This document shows positions 17,767 to 28,064 of a stretch of 64,000 nucleotides of DNA, piece after piece. Each line of letters opens with the position of its first letter. The stretch's first letter is position 1. The notes under the pieces are model-generated. The model was not told where the DNA came from and ran no database searches. It worked only from the letters and a program-made list of their open reading frames with translations. Source of the DNA: Lachnospiraceae bacterium (lineage in GTDB: Bacteria; Bacillota; Clostridia; Lachnospirales; Lachnospiraceae); assembly GCA_017476665.1 (NCBI GenBank), contig JAFUZJ010000029.1, positions 19,331 to 83,330 on the forward strand, written 5' to 3'. Both the position numbers and the translations under genes were made by a program.

Positions 17767-20025
17767 ATGAGCGTTTATGACACTTTGAATAAAGAGCAGA
17801 AAGAGGCAGTATGTCAGACAGAAGGGCCGGTATTACTGCTGGCGGGGGCCGGTTCCGGCAAGACGCGGACACTGACCCACCGAATCGCCTACCTGATCGA
17901 TGAGATGGGCGTCAACCCCTGGAATATTCTGGCCATCACCTTTACCAATAAAGCGGCTGAGGAGATGCGGGAGCGGGTGGATCGGATCGTGGGGTTTGGC
18001 GCGGATCAGATCTGGGTCAGTACCTTCCATTCCGCCTGCGTGCGCATCCTGCGCAGACATATTGACAATCTGGGCTATGACAACAGTTTTACCATTTATG
18101 ACACGGATGATCAGAAGACGGTGATGAAGGGCGTCTGCAAGCGCCTGAACATTGATACCAAGACCTATAAGGAGCGGAGTCTGTTAGCGTCCATTTCCTC
18201 GGCAAAGGACGACCTGATTGATGTGCGGGAGTATGAGGTCAAGGCTGTGGGTGATTTTCATAAGCAGATTGTGGCGAAGGTCTACAGAGAATATCAGGAG
18301 ACTTTAAAAAAGAGCAATGCACTGGATTTTGACGATATTATCGTGAAGACGGTGGAACTTTTCAAAAATTGCCCGGAAGTGCTGAACGCTTATCAGGATC
18401 GCTTTAAATACATAATGGTGGACGAGTACCAGGACACCAATATGGCGCAGTTTGAGCTGATCCGGCTGCTGGCGGACAAGTACCGGAACCTCTGCGTGGT
18501 GGGAGATGACGACCAATCCATTTATAAATTTCGCGGCGCAAATATCCGCAATATTCTGGATTTTGAGCTGCATTATCCGGAGGCCACAGTCATCAAGCTG
18601 GAGCAAAATTACCGGTCTACCCAAAATATTCTGGATGCTGCCAATGCGGTGATCAGTAATAATGTGGGCCGGAAAGACAAGGCTCTGTGGACGGATCACG
18701 GAGCGGGAAACCGACTGCACCTGCGCCAGTTCGACAATGCCTATGAGGAAGCAGAGTATGTAGCGGATGACATCCGGAAAAAGGTGCGGGAGGGTGAACA
18801 GGATTATCGCGATTGTGCGGTGCTGTTTCGGACCAATGCCCAGGCGAGACTGCTGGAAGAACGCATGGTGGTGGAGGGAATTCCGTACAGTGTAGTGGGC
18901 GGCGTCAATTTCTATGCCAGGGCGGAGATCAAGGATATATTGGCCTATCTGAAAACCATTGACAATGCCCGGGATGAGGTGGCACTCAGGCGGATCATCA
19001 ATGTACCGAAGCGCAGTATCGGTGCCGCATCCGTGGAGAAGCTTGCCGATTATGCGCAGGTGCGGGATCTCGGCCTGTATGACGCCATGTGTATGGCCGA
19101 CGATGTGCCGGGATTGGGCAAAGCAGCCTCCAAGATCAAAGGGTTTGTAAATATGATCCAGGTGTTTCGAAGCGGCAGAGAGTCCTATGGTATTGCGGGG
19201 ATGATCCAGGCCGTGATGGAACATATCGGTTACGAGGATTATCTGCGCGATCAGGATGACGAATCGGCGGAGGACAGGCTGGCTAACCTGGATGAATTGA
19301 TCACCAAGGCGGTAGCTTATGAGGAAACCCATGATGAGATCAGTCTTTCTGAGTTTCTGGAGGAGATTGCACTGGTGGCGGATATCGACAATGTGGAAGA
19401 AGGGGACAACAAGGTCCTGTTGATGACGCTGCACTCCGCCAAGGGCTTGGAGTTTTCTTCCGTGTATCTGACCGGCATGGAGGACGGGCTGTTTCCCAGT
19501 TATATGACGATTAAGACAGACGCGCCGGAGGACATGGAGGAGGAGCGCAGGCTGGCTTATGTGGGCATTACAAGAGCCAAGGAAGACCTGACACTCACCT
19601 GTGCCCGGATGCGCATGATCCGCGGAGAAACCCAATACAACGCCATCAGCCGCTTCGTGCGGGAAATCCCTTCGGAACTGATGGACAATACCATACCGGG
19701 GACGAAGCGGGCTTCGGAAGTCTATCAGAAAGTCATGCCGAAAGCGCTTCCCAGAGCGGAAAAATCCTATCAGTCAGCAAAACCTTTTATTGCAAAAGGG
19801 ATCGGGGATCTGAACCAGCTGGCGGGAATCCAGAAGGGGATTCAGACAGCTGTTCCGGGCGCCTTGGAATATACTGTCGGTGACCGGGTGAAGCATGTAA
19901 AGTACGGTGCTGGAACCGTGAAAGATATTTCGGAAGAACCGAGAGACTACAAGGTGACGGTGGAGTTCGATCAGGCGGGACAGAAGATCATGTATGCCTC
20001 GTTTGCAAAGTTAAAAAAATTGTAA
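17767..20025 (+). CDS. pcrA: ATP-dependent DNA helicase PcrA (UvrD family)
   Basis: LNKEQKEAVCQTEGPVLLLAGAGSGKTRTLTHRIAYLI, TFTNKAAEEM, MVDEYQDTN, LEQNYRST and the remaining superfamily-1 helicase motifs are all present. Confidence 0.93.
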   Translation: MSVYDTLNKEQKEAVCQTEGPVLLLAGAGSGKTRTLTHRIAYLIDEMGVNPWNILAITFTNKAAEEMRERVDRIVGFGADQIWVSTFHSACVRILRRHIDNLGYDNSFTIYDTDDQKTVMKGVCKRLNIDTKTYKERSLLASISSAKDDLIDVREYEVKAVGDFHKQIVAKVYREYQETLKKSNALDFDDIIVKTVELFKNCPEVLNAYQDRFKYIMVDEYQDTNMAQFELIRLLADKYRNLCVVGDDDQSIYKFRGANIRNILDFELHYPEATVIKLEQNYRSTQNILDAANAVISNNVGRKDKALWTDHGAGNRLHLRQFDNAYEEAEYVADDIRKKVREGEQDYRDCAVLFRTNAQARLLEERMVVEGIPYSVVGGVNFYARAEIKDILAYLKTIDNARDEVALRRIINVPKRSIGAASVEKLADYAQVRDLGLYDAMCMADDVPGLGKAASKIKGFVNMIQVFRSGRESYGIAGMIQAVMEHIGYEDYLRDQDDESAEDRLANLDELITKAVAYEETHDEISLSEFLEEIALVADIDNVEEGDNKVLLMTLHSAKGLEFSSVYLTGMEDGLFPSYMTIKTDAPEDMEEERRLAYVGITRAKEDLTLTCARMRMIRGETQYNAISRFVREIPSELMDNTIPGTKRASEVYQKVMPKALPRAEKSYQSAKPFIAKGIGDLNQLAGIQKGIQTAVPGALEYTVGDRVKHVKYGAGTVKDISEEPRDYKVTVEFDQAGQKIMYASFAKLKKL

Positions 20026-20099
20026 GAGAAATGATAGTATTTTTCTGCAAAATGTGGTATGCTATTTAAGACCACCTACAAAGAAAGGAAGGTATTACT

Positions 20100-20372
20100 A
20101 TGGATAAGTTGGAAAAGGCTTTGGAATTGGCAAATGAACTGAAATTGAGTGAGATTCTCGGTAAGAAGAAAGAGGATGAAGAAGCTGAGAAGAAGTTCAA
20201 TACAGTTCTTATGATCCTGGCTATCGTCGGAGCAGTTGCGGCGGCAGCGGGTATCGTATATGCGGTATATCGTTATTTCCATCCCGACTATCTGTCTGAT
20301 TTCGATGATGATATGTTTGATGATTTTGAGGATGACGACGAAGATTTCTTTGAGGATGAGGGAGAGAACTAA
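20100..20372 (+). CDS. Small single-TM protein with an extremely acidic C-terminal tail
   Basis: The TM segment is VLMILAIVGAVAAAAGIVYAVY and the tail is DFDDDMFDDFEDDDEDFFEDEGEN. It ends 3 nt before the next gene. Confidence 0.55.
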   Translation: MDKLEKALELANELKLSEILGKKKEDEEAEKKFNTVLMILAIVGAVAAAAGIVYAVYRYFHPDYLSDFDDDMFDDFEDDDEDFFEDEGEN

Positions 20373-20375
20373 AAT

Positions 20376-21845
20376 ATGAAAAAAGGACAGGTATACGAGG
20401 GCATCGTGGAGCGTGTCGATTTTCCCGGGAAGGGCATTGTCCGGGTGGGAGAGGAGACCGCGGTGGTAAAGATGTGCCTGCCCGGTCAGAAAGTTCGATT
20501 CTCTGTCAATAAAGTGCGCAAAGGGAAGGCGGAAGGAAGGCTTTTAGAGGTGTTGGAACATTCACCTTTGGAAACCGGAAGTCCGTGTTCCCATTTTGGC
20601 TTATGCGGCGGGTGCACTTATCTTTCTTTTCCCTATGAAGAACAATTGAAGATCAAATCTGCACAGGTAAAACGGCTGTTGGACGGCGTCCTGGAAGGCA
20701 GACAGGGTGAATGGTGCTATGAGGGCATTAAGGGAAGCCCGGTGGCCTACGAATACCGCAATAAGATGGAATTTTCTTTCGGCGATGAATACAAGGACGG
20801 CCCCCTTGCCCTTGGCATGCACAAAAGGGGCAGTTTTTATGACCTGGTGACGGTGGAGGACTGCAGGATCGTGGATTCGGATTACCGACTGATCCTAAAG
20901 ACGACGCGGAAGTATTTTGCCGATCGGGGCATTTCTTTCTCTCATCGATTGACACATCGGGGCTATCTGCGGCATTTGCTGGTAAGAAAGGCATCCCAGA
21001 CCGGAGAGATTCTGGTGGCGCTAGTGACAAGCTCACAGTATGGGCAGAGCGACGGACAGCGTGGCGGAGCGGATGAGGAAGCATTGCTGCAGGGCTTTTT
21101 GGAGCAACTGTTGGCGCTGCAGGAGACAGATGAGCAGGCCGGGCGCCTGCATGGCAGATTTGCCGGCATTTTACATATTGTGAATGATTCGGTGGCCGAT
21201 GTGGTGCAGAGTGACCGCACGGACATCCTGTATGGCAAGGATTATTTCTATGAGGAACTCTTAGGGCTGCGGTTCAAAATATCCACCTTTTCCTTTTTCC
21301 AGACCAATTCCCATAGCGCTGAGGTGCTCTATGAGACGGCGCGGGAATATGTGGGTGACCTGAATGCAGGGGCAGATCAGCCCGGCGAACGGGACAAGAT
21401 CCTATTTGATCTGTACAGCGGTACAGGGACAATTACTCAGCTCATGGCGCCGGTGGCGAAAAAAGTGATTGGTGTGGAGATCGTGGAGGAGGCCGTGGAG
21501 GCGGCGCGGAAGAGCGCCCGGGAGAACGGATTGGACAACTGTGAGTTTATTGCGGGGGATGTGCTGAAGGTGCTGGATGAGGTGGAGGAGAAGCCGGATC
21601 TGATCATTTTGGACCCGCCCAGGGACGGGATTCATCCGAAGGCGCTGCCCAAGATCATCTCCTACGGAGTAGACCGTATCGTCTACATTTCCTGCAAGCC
21701 TACCAGCCTGGTGCGGGATCTGGATACATTCCTGGCGGGGGGCTATCAGGTGGAAAAGGCTGTAGCTGTGGACCAGTTCCCGTGGACGACGGGAATAGAG
21801 GTCGTTTGCCTTTTGTCCAAACTTTCAGGTGCAAAAAGAACATGA
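20376..21845 (+). CDS. 23S rRNA (uracil-C5)-methyltransferase, RumA/RlmD/RlmCD type (TRAM + 4Fe-4S + SAM MTase)
   Basis: It has a TRAM-like N-terminus (GQVYEGIVERVDFPGKGIV), the Cys cluster CSHFGLCGGCTY, FFQTN, and LYSGTGTI and DPPRDG SAM-MTase motifs. Confidence 0.85.
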   Translation: MKKGQVYEGIVERVDFPGKGIVRVGEETAVVKMCLPGQKVRFSVNKVRKGKAEGRLLEVLEHSPLETGSPCSHFGLCGGCTYLSFPYEEQLKIKSAQVKRLLDGVLEGRQGEWCYEGIKGSPVAYEYRNKMEFSFGDEYKDGPLALGMHKRGSFYDLVTVEDCRIVDSDYRLILKTTRKYFADRGISFSHRLTHRGYLRHLLVRKASQTGEILVALVTSSQYGQSDGQRGGADEEALLQGFLEQLLALQETDEQAGRLHGRFAGILHIVNDSVADVVQSDRTDILYGKDYFYEELLGLRFKISTFSFFQTNSHSAEVLYETAREYVGDLNAGADQPGERDKILFDLYSGTGTITQLMAPVAKKVIGVEIVEEAVEAARKSARENGLDNCEFIAGDVLKVLDEVEEKPDLIILDPPRDGIHPKALPKIISYGVDRIVYISCKPTSLVRDLDTFLAGGYQVEKAVAVDQFPWTTGIEVVCLLSKLSGAKRT

Positions 21846-23446
21846 ATAGAAAAAAAAGTTTGTCGGGAAAGATGGTTGACCTTATGGCAGATAATCAATA
21901 TAAAGAAAGAAAATTATTTGAGGGACGATCCGGGCGGATGGTCCAGTGTTATCTTGTCTGTGGAATTTCTGCGTTTGTTGCGCTTCTCATTTATTCAAAA
22001 TGTTCTCCGTTATACCCGTTCAATGACTGGTATGATGCCAATGTTTTTTTTACCATGGGAAAGGGTATGGTGAGAGGACGGGTCATTTATGCGGAATTGT
22101 ATGATCACAAGGGACCATATTTATATCTGCTCTATGGAATCGGATACTTGATATCCCATTATGATTTTTACGGTGTTTTTCTCTTGGAAGTGATCAGCTT
22201 ATTTCTGTTTCTTGTATTTTCGTATCGGACAATCTGTTTATATGCGGAGAGGCCTGCGCTATGGTTTATGCCGGTCTATTGTATCGGCATTGTGATATCG
22301 GGGGCGTTTGTGCATGGCGGAAGTCTGGAAGAATTTTCCCTCAGTATCCTTTCTTATGCTTTATATAGTATACTTAGGCTTTTAAAGACCGGAGAAATAA
22401 AAACAGGTATGGTTGTCATCAACGGATTTCTGGCAGGAGTCTTGTTTTGGGCAAAGTTTACGTTAGTCGGAGCGCATGCTGTATTTTTCCTGATCATGGT
22501 CTTTTATTTTTGGAAGGCAGGAAAAAGGCGTGAGGCGATTCATCTGGGGCTGGTCTTTGCCGGAGCGGTTATCCTGGCGACAGTCCCGTGGCTGATCTAC
22601 TTCGGGATTCATAATGCATATGCATCGTGGTTTGGAACCTATCTGTGGGATAATATATACAGTTATCCTACGGACAAGTTTTCTTTTGGTAAAACGTTGA
22701 GAAATATCGTAGTGCTTCCGACAGCATTTCTGATACGAAAAGGAAATCTGATGTTCACGGCTCCCATTATTTTGGGCGCTGTGGGATATCTGTTTTTGCC
22801 GGGCAAGATCACGCGGATCGGAATCCTGGAGAGGATAACAGTGTTTGCAATGGCGGGAGGCCTGGCTGCCGGGCAATATATCGGTGGAGCAGATCAATCT
22901 TATTACGGATTGCCGCTGGCTATATTCGGTATATTGTTCCCAATCTGCGCCTTGCTTTTGAAATGGATCTGTTTTTCGGATTTTGTGAAAAAGCCTTTTT
23001 GGGGAATGGCAGTTTCTATGGTTGCTTTAGGGATTTCCAGCGTGGTCGGATATCCCATCAGTGATAATACGTATCTTTTAGGGGTACCGAAGGCTGAATT
23101 GCCGCAGTTTCGGTTTGCAGAGCAGATTCTGCAGGCGGGAGGAGAGGAACAGACAATATTGAACTATGGTTTTTTGGATTGTGGGATTTATACCGTGCTG
23201 GATCAGGTTCCCAATGTTTATTATTTTTGTTCCACTAATCTGAATTATGGCAAGATCGTTTCGGTGCAGGATGAATATTTGAAGGATCAGTTAACCAGAT
23301 ATGTGGTTTCATGGGAACCGTATCAGTGCGATGAGGAAGAACTGTTACAGCCCTCCGTGCTCACGGAATATTATGAATTAAAAGATTATTGTGACCACTA
23401 TATGGAATGTTACTATTATACATATGCTTTGTGGGAAAGAAAATAA
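21842..23446 (+). CDS. Polytopic GT-C-type glycosyltransferase-like membrane protein (GT39/ArnT-like)
   Basis: Its start shares an ATGA overlap with the upstream stop (ATG 21842, TGA 21843). It has about 12 TM segments. The early loop YPFNDWYDANVFFTMGKGMVRGRVIYAELYDHKGP resembles the first periplasmic loop of PMT/ArnT-like enzymes. The family call is tentative. Confidence 0.45.
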   Translation: MNRKKSLSGKMVDLMADNQYKERKLFEGRSGRMVQCYLVCGISAFVALLIYSKCSPLYPFNDWYDANVFFTMGKGMVRGRVIYAELYDHKGPYLYLLYGIGYLISHYDFYGVFLLEVISLFLFLVFSYRTICLYAERPALWFMPVYCIGIVISGAFVHGGSLEEFSLSILSYALYSILRLLKTGEIKTGMVVINGFLAGVLFWAKFTLVGAHAVFFLIMVFYFWKAGKRREAIHLGLVFAGAVILATVPWLIYFGIHNAYASWFGTYLWDNIYSYPTDKFSFGKTLRNIVVLPTAFLIRKGNLMFTAPIILGAVGYLFLPGKITRIGILERITVFAMAGGLAAGQYIGGADQSYYGLPLAIFGILFPICALLLKWICFSDFVKKPFWGMAVSMVALGISSVVGYPISDNTYLLGVPKAELPQFRFAEQILQAGGEEQTILNYGFLDCGIYTVLDQVPNVYYFCSTNLNYGKIVSVQDEYLKDQLTRYVVSWEPYQCDEEELLQPSVLTEYYELKDYCDHYMECYYYTYALWERK

Positions 23447-23462
23447 AAAGCAAAATGAAAGT

Positions 23463-24302
23463 TCACAATTTTAAGGCGGTTTGCCGTATTTCCCTGGGGG
23501 TATACCCCAATATTTTCTTCGTGACATTACAAAAATAATTGCTGTTGTCAAAACCGGCAAGTTGTGCAATCTCTCCGACGGATAGGTTTGTGGTCAGAAG
23601 AAGATGCCGTCCGGTTTCCACCCGGATATAATTCAGATATTCGGAGTAAGATACACCGATGACTTTTTTGAAGAGCCGTGAAAAATGTGCCGGCGAGAAA
23701 TTCACATGTGCAGCGGTTTCGACTAAGGTCGGTGCGTTCAAAAAATGCTTTTCCATATACCGGATCGCCTTTAAGATGGAGGTATCTGCCTTGGAGAGCT
23801 CAATGTCCGAACGGTTTTGCGGGACATGGAATCGTATGATCGTCATGATGAGATTGTACAGCATTCCCTGCAGGATCAGTTCGGATTCTTTTTCATAGTG
23901 CTCATATTCATAGAGCATATCGCAAAATATCCCATAGACCTTTGCCTGTACAGCAGGCTCAAAATTGTATACAGGATAGCGGTACATTTCCTCAAAGGGT
24001 TCTGTGCCAATCACCTGCAGCAGCGGCGCCGCTGCTTCGTCCGTAAACTTCAGAACAAAGCGCTCATAGGGAGTATTGTCCACAAAGGAGGTGCGGTGGT
24101 AGATATTCTTGGGAGTCATGCCCACACTTCCGCCGTTCAGGAAACCGATCATGTGCGGCATGATGAACTTACGGTGTCCGCTCACGGTGTAGCTGATGCC
24201 GTAATAATCACGATAGACCTCCAGATGCTTCATCTCATAGTCTGAAGGCTTGCATTGGCGGTCGATATGAAAATGGTATCCGGGCTTTAACGGTAAAGGC
24301 AT
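23463..24302 (-). CDS. AraC-family transcriptional regulator
   Basis: The C-terminal dual HTH reads LVETAAHVNFSPAHFSRLFKKVIGVSYSEYLNYIRVETGRHLLLTTNLSVGEIAQLAGFDNSNYFCNVTKKILGYTP. It is divergent from the ABC genes. Confidence 0.85.
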   Translation of the reverse strand: MPLPLKPGYHFHIDRQCKPSDYEMKHLEVYRDYYGISYTVSGHRKFIMPHMIGFLNGGSVGMTPKNIYHRTSFVDNTPYERFVLKFTDEAAAPLLQVIGTEPFEEMYRYPVYNFEPAVQAKVYGIFCDMLYEYEHYEKESELILQGMLYNLIMTIIRFHVPQNRSDIELSKADTSILKAIRYMEKHFLNAPTLVETAAHVNFSPAHFSRLFKKVIGVSYSEYLNYIRVETGRHLLLTTNLSVGEIAQLAGFDNSNYFCNVTKKILGYTPREIRQTALKL

Positions 24303-24427
24303 GGCAGGGACTCCTCACAAATAGCATATTTTTATAGATATTGTACCATTCTGTCAAATAATTGCAAGAATCCCGCCTTAAAACATGATAAATTTGCGGT
24401 AAATGAAGCGCAAAGGAGGCAGATTAA

Positions 24428-26101
24428 ATGCAGGTACAGAGAATTATACGAAAAAACGGTTTATGGTTGTTGCTGGGCAGTCTGTGTACAGTGGTCATTT
24501 CACAAGGCATGATCGTGGGAACGGATGTGGTGGCGGACCAGATTGACAATCTGGTCATGACAATCCCAGTGGACGGGCGGAGACTCTGGCAGGTGGCTTT
24601 TCCGGCAATCCTGTTTGCAACCATTGCCGCTTTCACGGAGAAAAAGTGCGTTGGCCGGTACAGTATTACGGTTTTGCAGGAAATTCAGGATACAATGGTG
24701 CGAAAGATCCTGCGCGTGAAAAATCATTTCTGGACGACGGAGAGCAACGGAACATTGCTTTCTAAAATGACCACAGACATGAATGAATTAGAGCAGTTCG
24801 CAGCAAATACGCTGCCGGATCTGTTGGGGGCGTTCATTTCCGTTGGTATGGTCGCATGTTATATAGCAGGAAAAAACTTATTTATTCTATTAGCCACGGC
24901 GGTCTTTTATCCGGTCATCATCTGGATCATGACCTATTGGGGGAATGTTTTAAAAAGACTGGCACAGAAGAGAAGAGGAAACATTGACAGCATGGTGGAG
25001 CAGGTCATGGACTGCGTGGGCGGCATGGATATTGTCAAGAGCTATGGCTTGTCGGGTCTTTTTATGGGCAAGATCGAAATGAGTATTGATCATATTCTGA
25101 ACAATGAATATAAGCGGGCGTGGATCATGCATTTTTCGCAGACTCTACAGCGGTTTTTGTTCTGTATTCCAAACATGGTCTGTCCGACGATCGCATTATT
25201 TTTGACCCTGCGGGGACAAATTACCATAGGTGAGATGACTGCTTATATCGTCCTCATACATCAGATCATTTCAAACATGAAGCGGCTTCCGTTTTTGATC
25301 ACAGACAGTAAGGAAAAGGGAGTGGCTGTGGAGCGATTGAACCGGATCTTGGATGCGCCGGAGCGCAAAGAATCAGATGACGGGAACGCCATGTGCCGGA
25401 TCACTTTGAACAGCGGGCCTCAGGTTGTACTTGAGCATGTCAATTTCAGGTATGGTGAGAAACAACCTATAGTTTTGCGCGATATCAATCTTGCACTGGA
25501 GGCAAACAAAACATACGGGTTTGTGGGACTTTCAGGGCATGGGAAATCGACACTGTTTCGGCTGTTGGCGGGGCTGGAGGAGGGGTATACAGGGCGGATT
25601 TGTGTGAAGCAAGGCTGTGCAGTTGTGTCGCAGAATGCGTTTCTGTTTCATGGAACAATTGCGGAAAATATCGGAATCGGGCGGACGGGAGCGGAACACT
25701 ATGAAATTGTCAATGCGGCCAAAGCTGTCGGTATCCACGATAAAATACAAAGCCTCCCGGATCAGTATGATACTGTCATCGGAGAAAAAGGGGCGGGCTT
25801 GTCCGGCGGGGAAAGACAGCGCATCTGTATTGCCAGGGCGTTACTGTCGGGGGCGGAGATTTTGTTGTTGGACGAACCCACGGCGTCGGTTGACGGAGAG
25901 ACCGAACAGATCATTATGGATACCTTGAAAAGACTGCATGGACGGAAAACGATCCTGTTGATCTCCCACAGACTGTCTCTGACCAGAGATGCAGACCGGA
26001 TCTTTGTGGTGGACAGTGGAAGGATCGCAGAGCAGGGAGATCATGAAGAGCTGATGGAAAAGGGCAGCATTTATCCCAAATTATGGAACATGGAGGTGTG
26101 A
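24428..26101 (+). CDS. ABC exporter half-transporter (TMD-NBD), subunit 1
   Basis: Six TM helices are followed by Walker A GLSGHGKST, signature LSGGERQR, Walker B LLLDEPT and H-loop SHR. Confidence 0.88.
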   Translation: MQVQRIIRKNGLWLLLGSLCTVVISQGMIVGTDVVADQIDNLVMTIPVDGRRLWQVAFPAILFATIAAFTEKKCVGRYSITVLQEIQDTMVRKILRVKNHFWTTESNGTLLSKMTTDMNELEQFAANTLPDLLGAFISVGMVACYIAGKNLFILLATAVFYPVIIWIMTYWGNVLKRLAQKRRGNIDSMVEQVMDCVGGMDIVKSYGLSGLFMGKIEMSIDHILNNEYKRAWIMHFSQTLQRFLFCIPNMVCPTIALFLTLRGQITIGEMTAYIVLIHQIISNMKRLPFLITDSKEKGVAVERLNRILDAPERKESDDGNAMCRITLNSGPQVVLEHVNFRYGEKQPIVLRDINLALEANKTYGFVGLSGHGKSTLFRLLAGLEEGYTGRICVKQGCAVVSQNAFLFHGTIAENIGIGRTGAEHYEIVNAAKAVGIHDKIQSLPDQYDTVIGEKGAGLSGGERQRICIARALLSGAEILLLDEPTASVDGETEQIIMDTLKRLHGRKTILLISHRLSLTRDADRIFVVDSGRIAEQGDHEELMEKGSIYPKLWNMEV

Positions 26102-26102
26102 G

Positions 26103-27833
26103 ATGAAGAATGGAAAAGGAAATATAAAAGTGTTTTTCCGGTTTCTCAAACTGTTGGGGCAGGCATTGCCGATCTTTCTGTTTGCCATGATCATACATAT
26201 GGTGGGAGATAATTTTCTGTATCTGACTTTGGCGTATTTTGTTGACCGGCTTATGGATATGGCGCAGGCAGGGAATGCAGCAGGACTTGGAGGTCTGATT
26301 TTGGGTTGTGTGATCGCAAATTTAACAGCGCTGGCAGTATTCTTTGTGTTCGGTGCGTTCTATGATATATATGCCAAGCGGGGCAATGCCATTGTGCAGA
26401 GGATGATGATTGACAAGCTGCTGAAACTGCCCATGTCCTATTTCGATAAACATCACACCGGTGAAATTGTGACGAAACTGATGAGTGACGCAGATACGGC
26501 CAGCCAGATTTTCACATCCAGACTGCGCCGCGTGACAACGCCGCTCATGTCCGTGATCGTCTATGTGATCCCGATGTTGCTTTTTTGCCCGCAGCTTGCA
26601 GTCTGTCTTGTGCTGCTCAATCTGCTGTCTCTGTTTGTCCATGCAAAATATATTCCGGCAATGAAAGCCATCGGCAGGGAGACATCTCAGGCAAAAAGCC
26701 GAGTGATCCAGAGCTTTATGGATGTGGTAAACGGCAGGGACACCATGCGTGTCTATTCCGGCGGAAGACTTTTATGGGAGCGGCATGACGTTGCCAATGA
26801 ACAAAATGCCGGAATCGGCAGGAGATATTGGGGGAAGGTGGCTGCCCTTGGCAGTTGGAACACTCTTTTTGATATGACATTTGCAGTGGGATTTTTGGTG
26901 GTTTCCGTGTTTTTTATCGAGAGAGGCTGGTGCAGTGTCGGCGAGGTGGCAGCTATCTACACATTATATGGGACGTTCAGCTACAATTTTCTGGAGCTGG
27001 GAAAATACATTCCGGAGCTGATCAACTGTATTGCCCGGGCAGAAATCGTATTTGAATTTATGGAAGAACCGGAGGAAGATCGTGGGGGCGGCATGGAAGC
27101 GGCTGATCACGTTGAACGGACAGACTCTGTTGAGGACTTCGGATATGACAAAAGGGCTAAAGCAGCGGGACGGACCAGATGCGCTACCGGCAACATTGTG
27201 TTCCGGGATGTGTCCTTCGGGTATGGAGACCGCCGGATCCTGCATCATTGCAATGTGGAATTCCAGGGAAATCAAAGCACGGCTGTGACGGGACAGACCG
27301 GAATCGGCAAGAGTACCCTGCTGAAATTGCTGCTGAAGTTTTATATGCCGCAGGAGGGTCGGATCTTCATCGGGAGCAGGGATATTGCGCAGATCGATAC
27401 GGCGGATTTAAGGAGCCAGATGGCGTATGTGCCGCAGGATACCTGGCTGTTCCATGGAACCATACGGGAGAATATCCGTTACGGCAATCCGGAAGCCAGT
27501 GACGCAGAGATCATAGAAGCAGCCAAGGTCGCCAATGCCCATGATTTTATCTGCAGGCTGCCGGAGGGATACGATACGGTTCTTCGGGACGGCGGAAGCA
27601 GTCTTTCGGGCGGTGAGAGGCAGCGGATCGCGCTTGCCAGAGCTTTCGTGAGAAAGGCGCCGATCCTGTTGCTGGATGAAGCGACTTCGGCACTGGATAA
27701 TCAGAATGAAACGGAGGTACAGGCGGCGATTGCAAAATTGATTGTTGGTAAGACGGCATTGGTCGTGGCGCATCGTAAGCTGACGATACAATCCTGTGTA
27801 CAGAGGTTTCAGTTTCCACATATGGTGGAGTGA
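26103..27833 (+). CDS. ABC exporter half-transporter (TMD-NBD), subunit 2, with a short C-terminus
   Basis: It has Walker A GQTGIGKST, LSGGERQR, LLLDEATS and VAHR. Only 19 aa follow the H-loop, against 42 aa in subunit 1. Confidence 0.8.
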   Translation: MKNGKGNIKVFFRFLKLLGQALPIFLFAMIIHMVGDNFLYLTLAYFVDRLMDMAQAGNAAGLGGLILGCVIANLTALAVFFVFGAFYDIYAKRGNAIVQRMMIDKLLKLPMSYFDKHHTGEIVTKLMSDADTASQIFTSRLRRVTTPLMSVIVYVIPMLLFCPQLAVCLVLLNLLSLFVHAKYIPAMKAIGRETSQAKSRVIQSFMDVVNGRDTMRVYSGGRLLWERHDVANEQNAGIGRRYWGKVAALGSWNTLFDMTFAVGFLVVSVFFIERGWCSVGEVAAIYTLYGTFSYNFLELGKYIPELINCIARAEIVFEFMEEPEEDRGGGMEAADHVERTDSVEDFGYDKRAKAAGRTRCATGNIVFRDVSFGYGDRRILHHCNVEFQGNQSTAVTGQTGIGKSTLLKLLLKFYMPQEGRIFIGSRDIAQIDTADLRSQMAYVPQDTWLFHGTIRENIRYGNPEASDAEIIEAAKVANAHDFICRLPEGYDTVLRDGGSSLSGGERQRIALARAFVRKAPILLLDEATSALDNQNETEVQAAIAKLIVGKTALVVAHRKLTIQSCVQRFQFPHMVE

Positions 27834-28064
27834 ATGTGGGGGCATTCACCATCAACCGTTCCATATTGTGATCCATGATAAAACAGTGTATTTTGCATTC
27901 TGAATGTGATAGAATAAAGCGAGAAAGACATGGGCAGCGGGATATATGAGCACAGTGATGTGGATGCTGTGCTGGAGAAGTTGGATCAATCTGAATGCGC
28001 AGATCATAGATGGGATGATCGGGGCGTATCCGTATGTGGACTTTATGTATCAGGAGAGATAAGG

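Noticed and set aside
27834-27878. The 14-codon ORF MWGHSPSTVPYCDP immediately after the ABC gene, read as an AgrD-like autoinducing-peptide precursor for the adjacent AgrC-like kinase.
   Set aside because: It is far shorter than known AgrD/ComC-type precursors. It has no amphipathic leader and no processing gene (agrB-like) nearby. It is in the same frame as the ABC gene, so it is more simply explained as the displaced tail of that gene.
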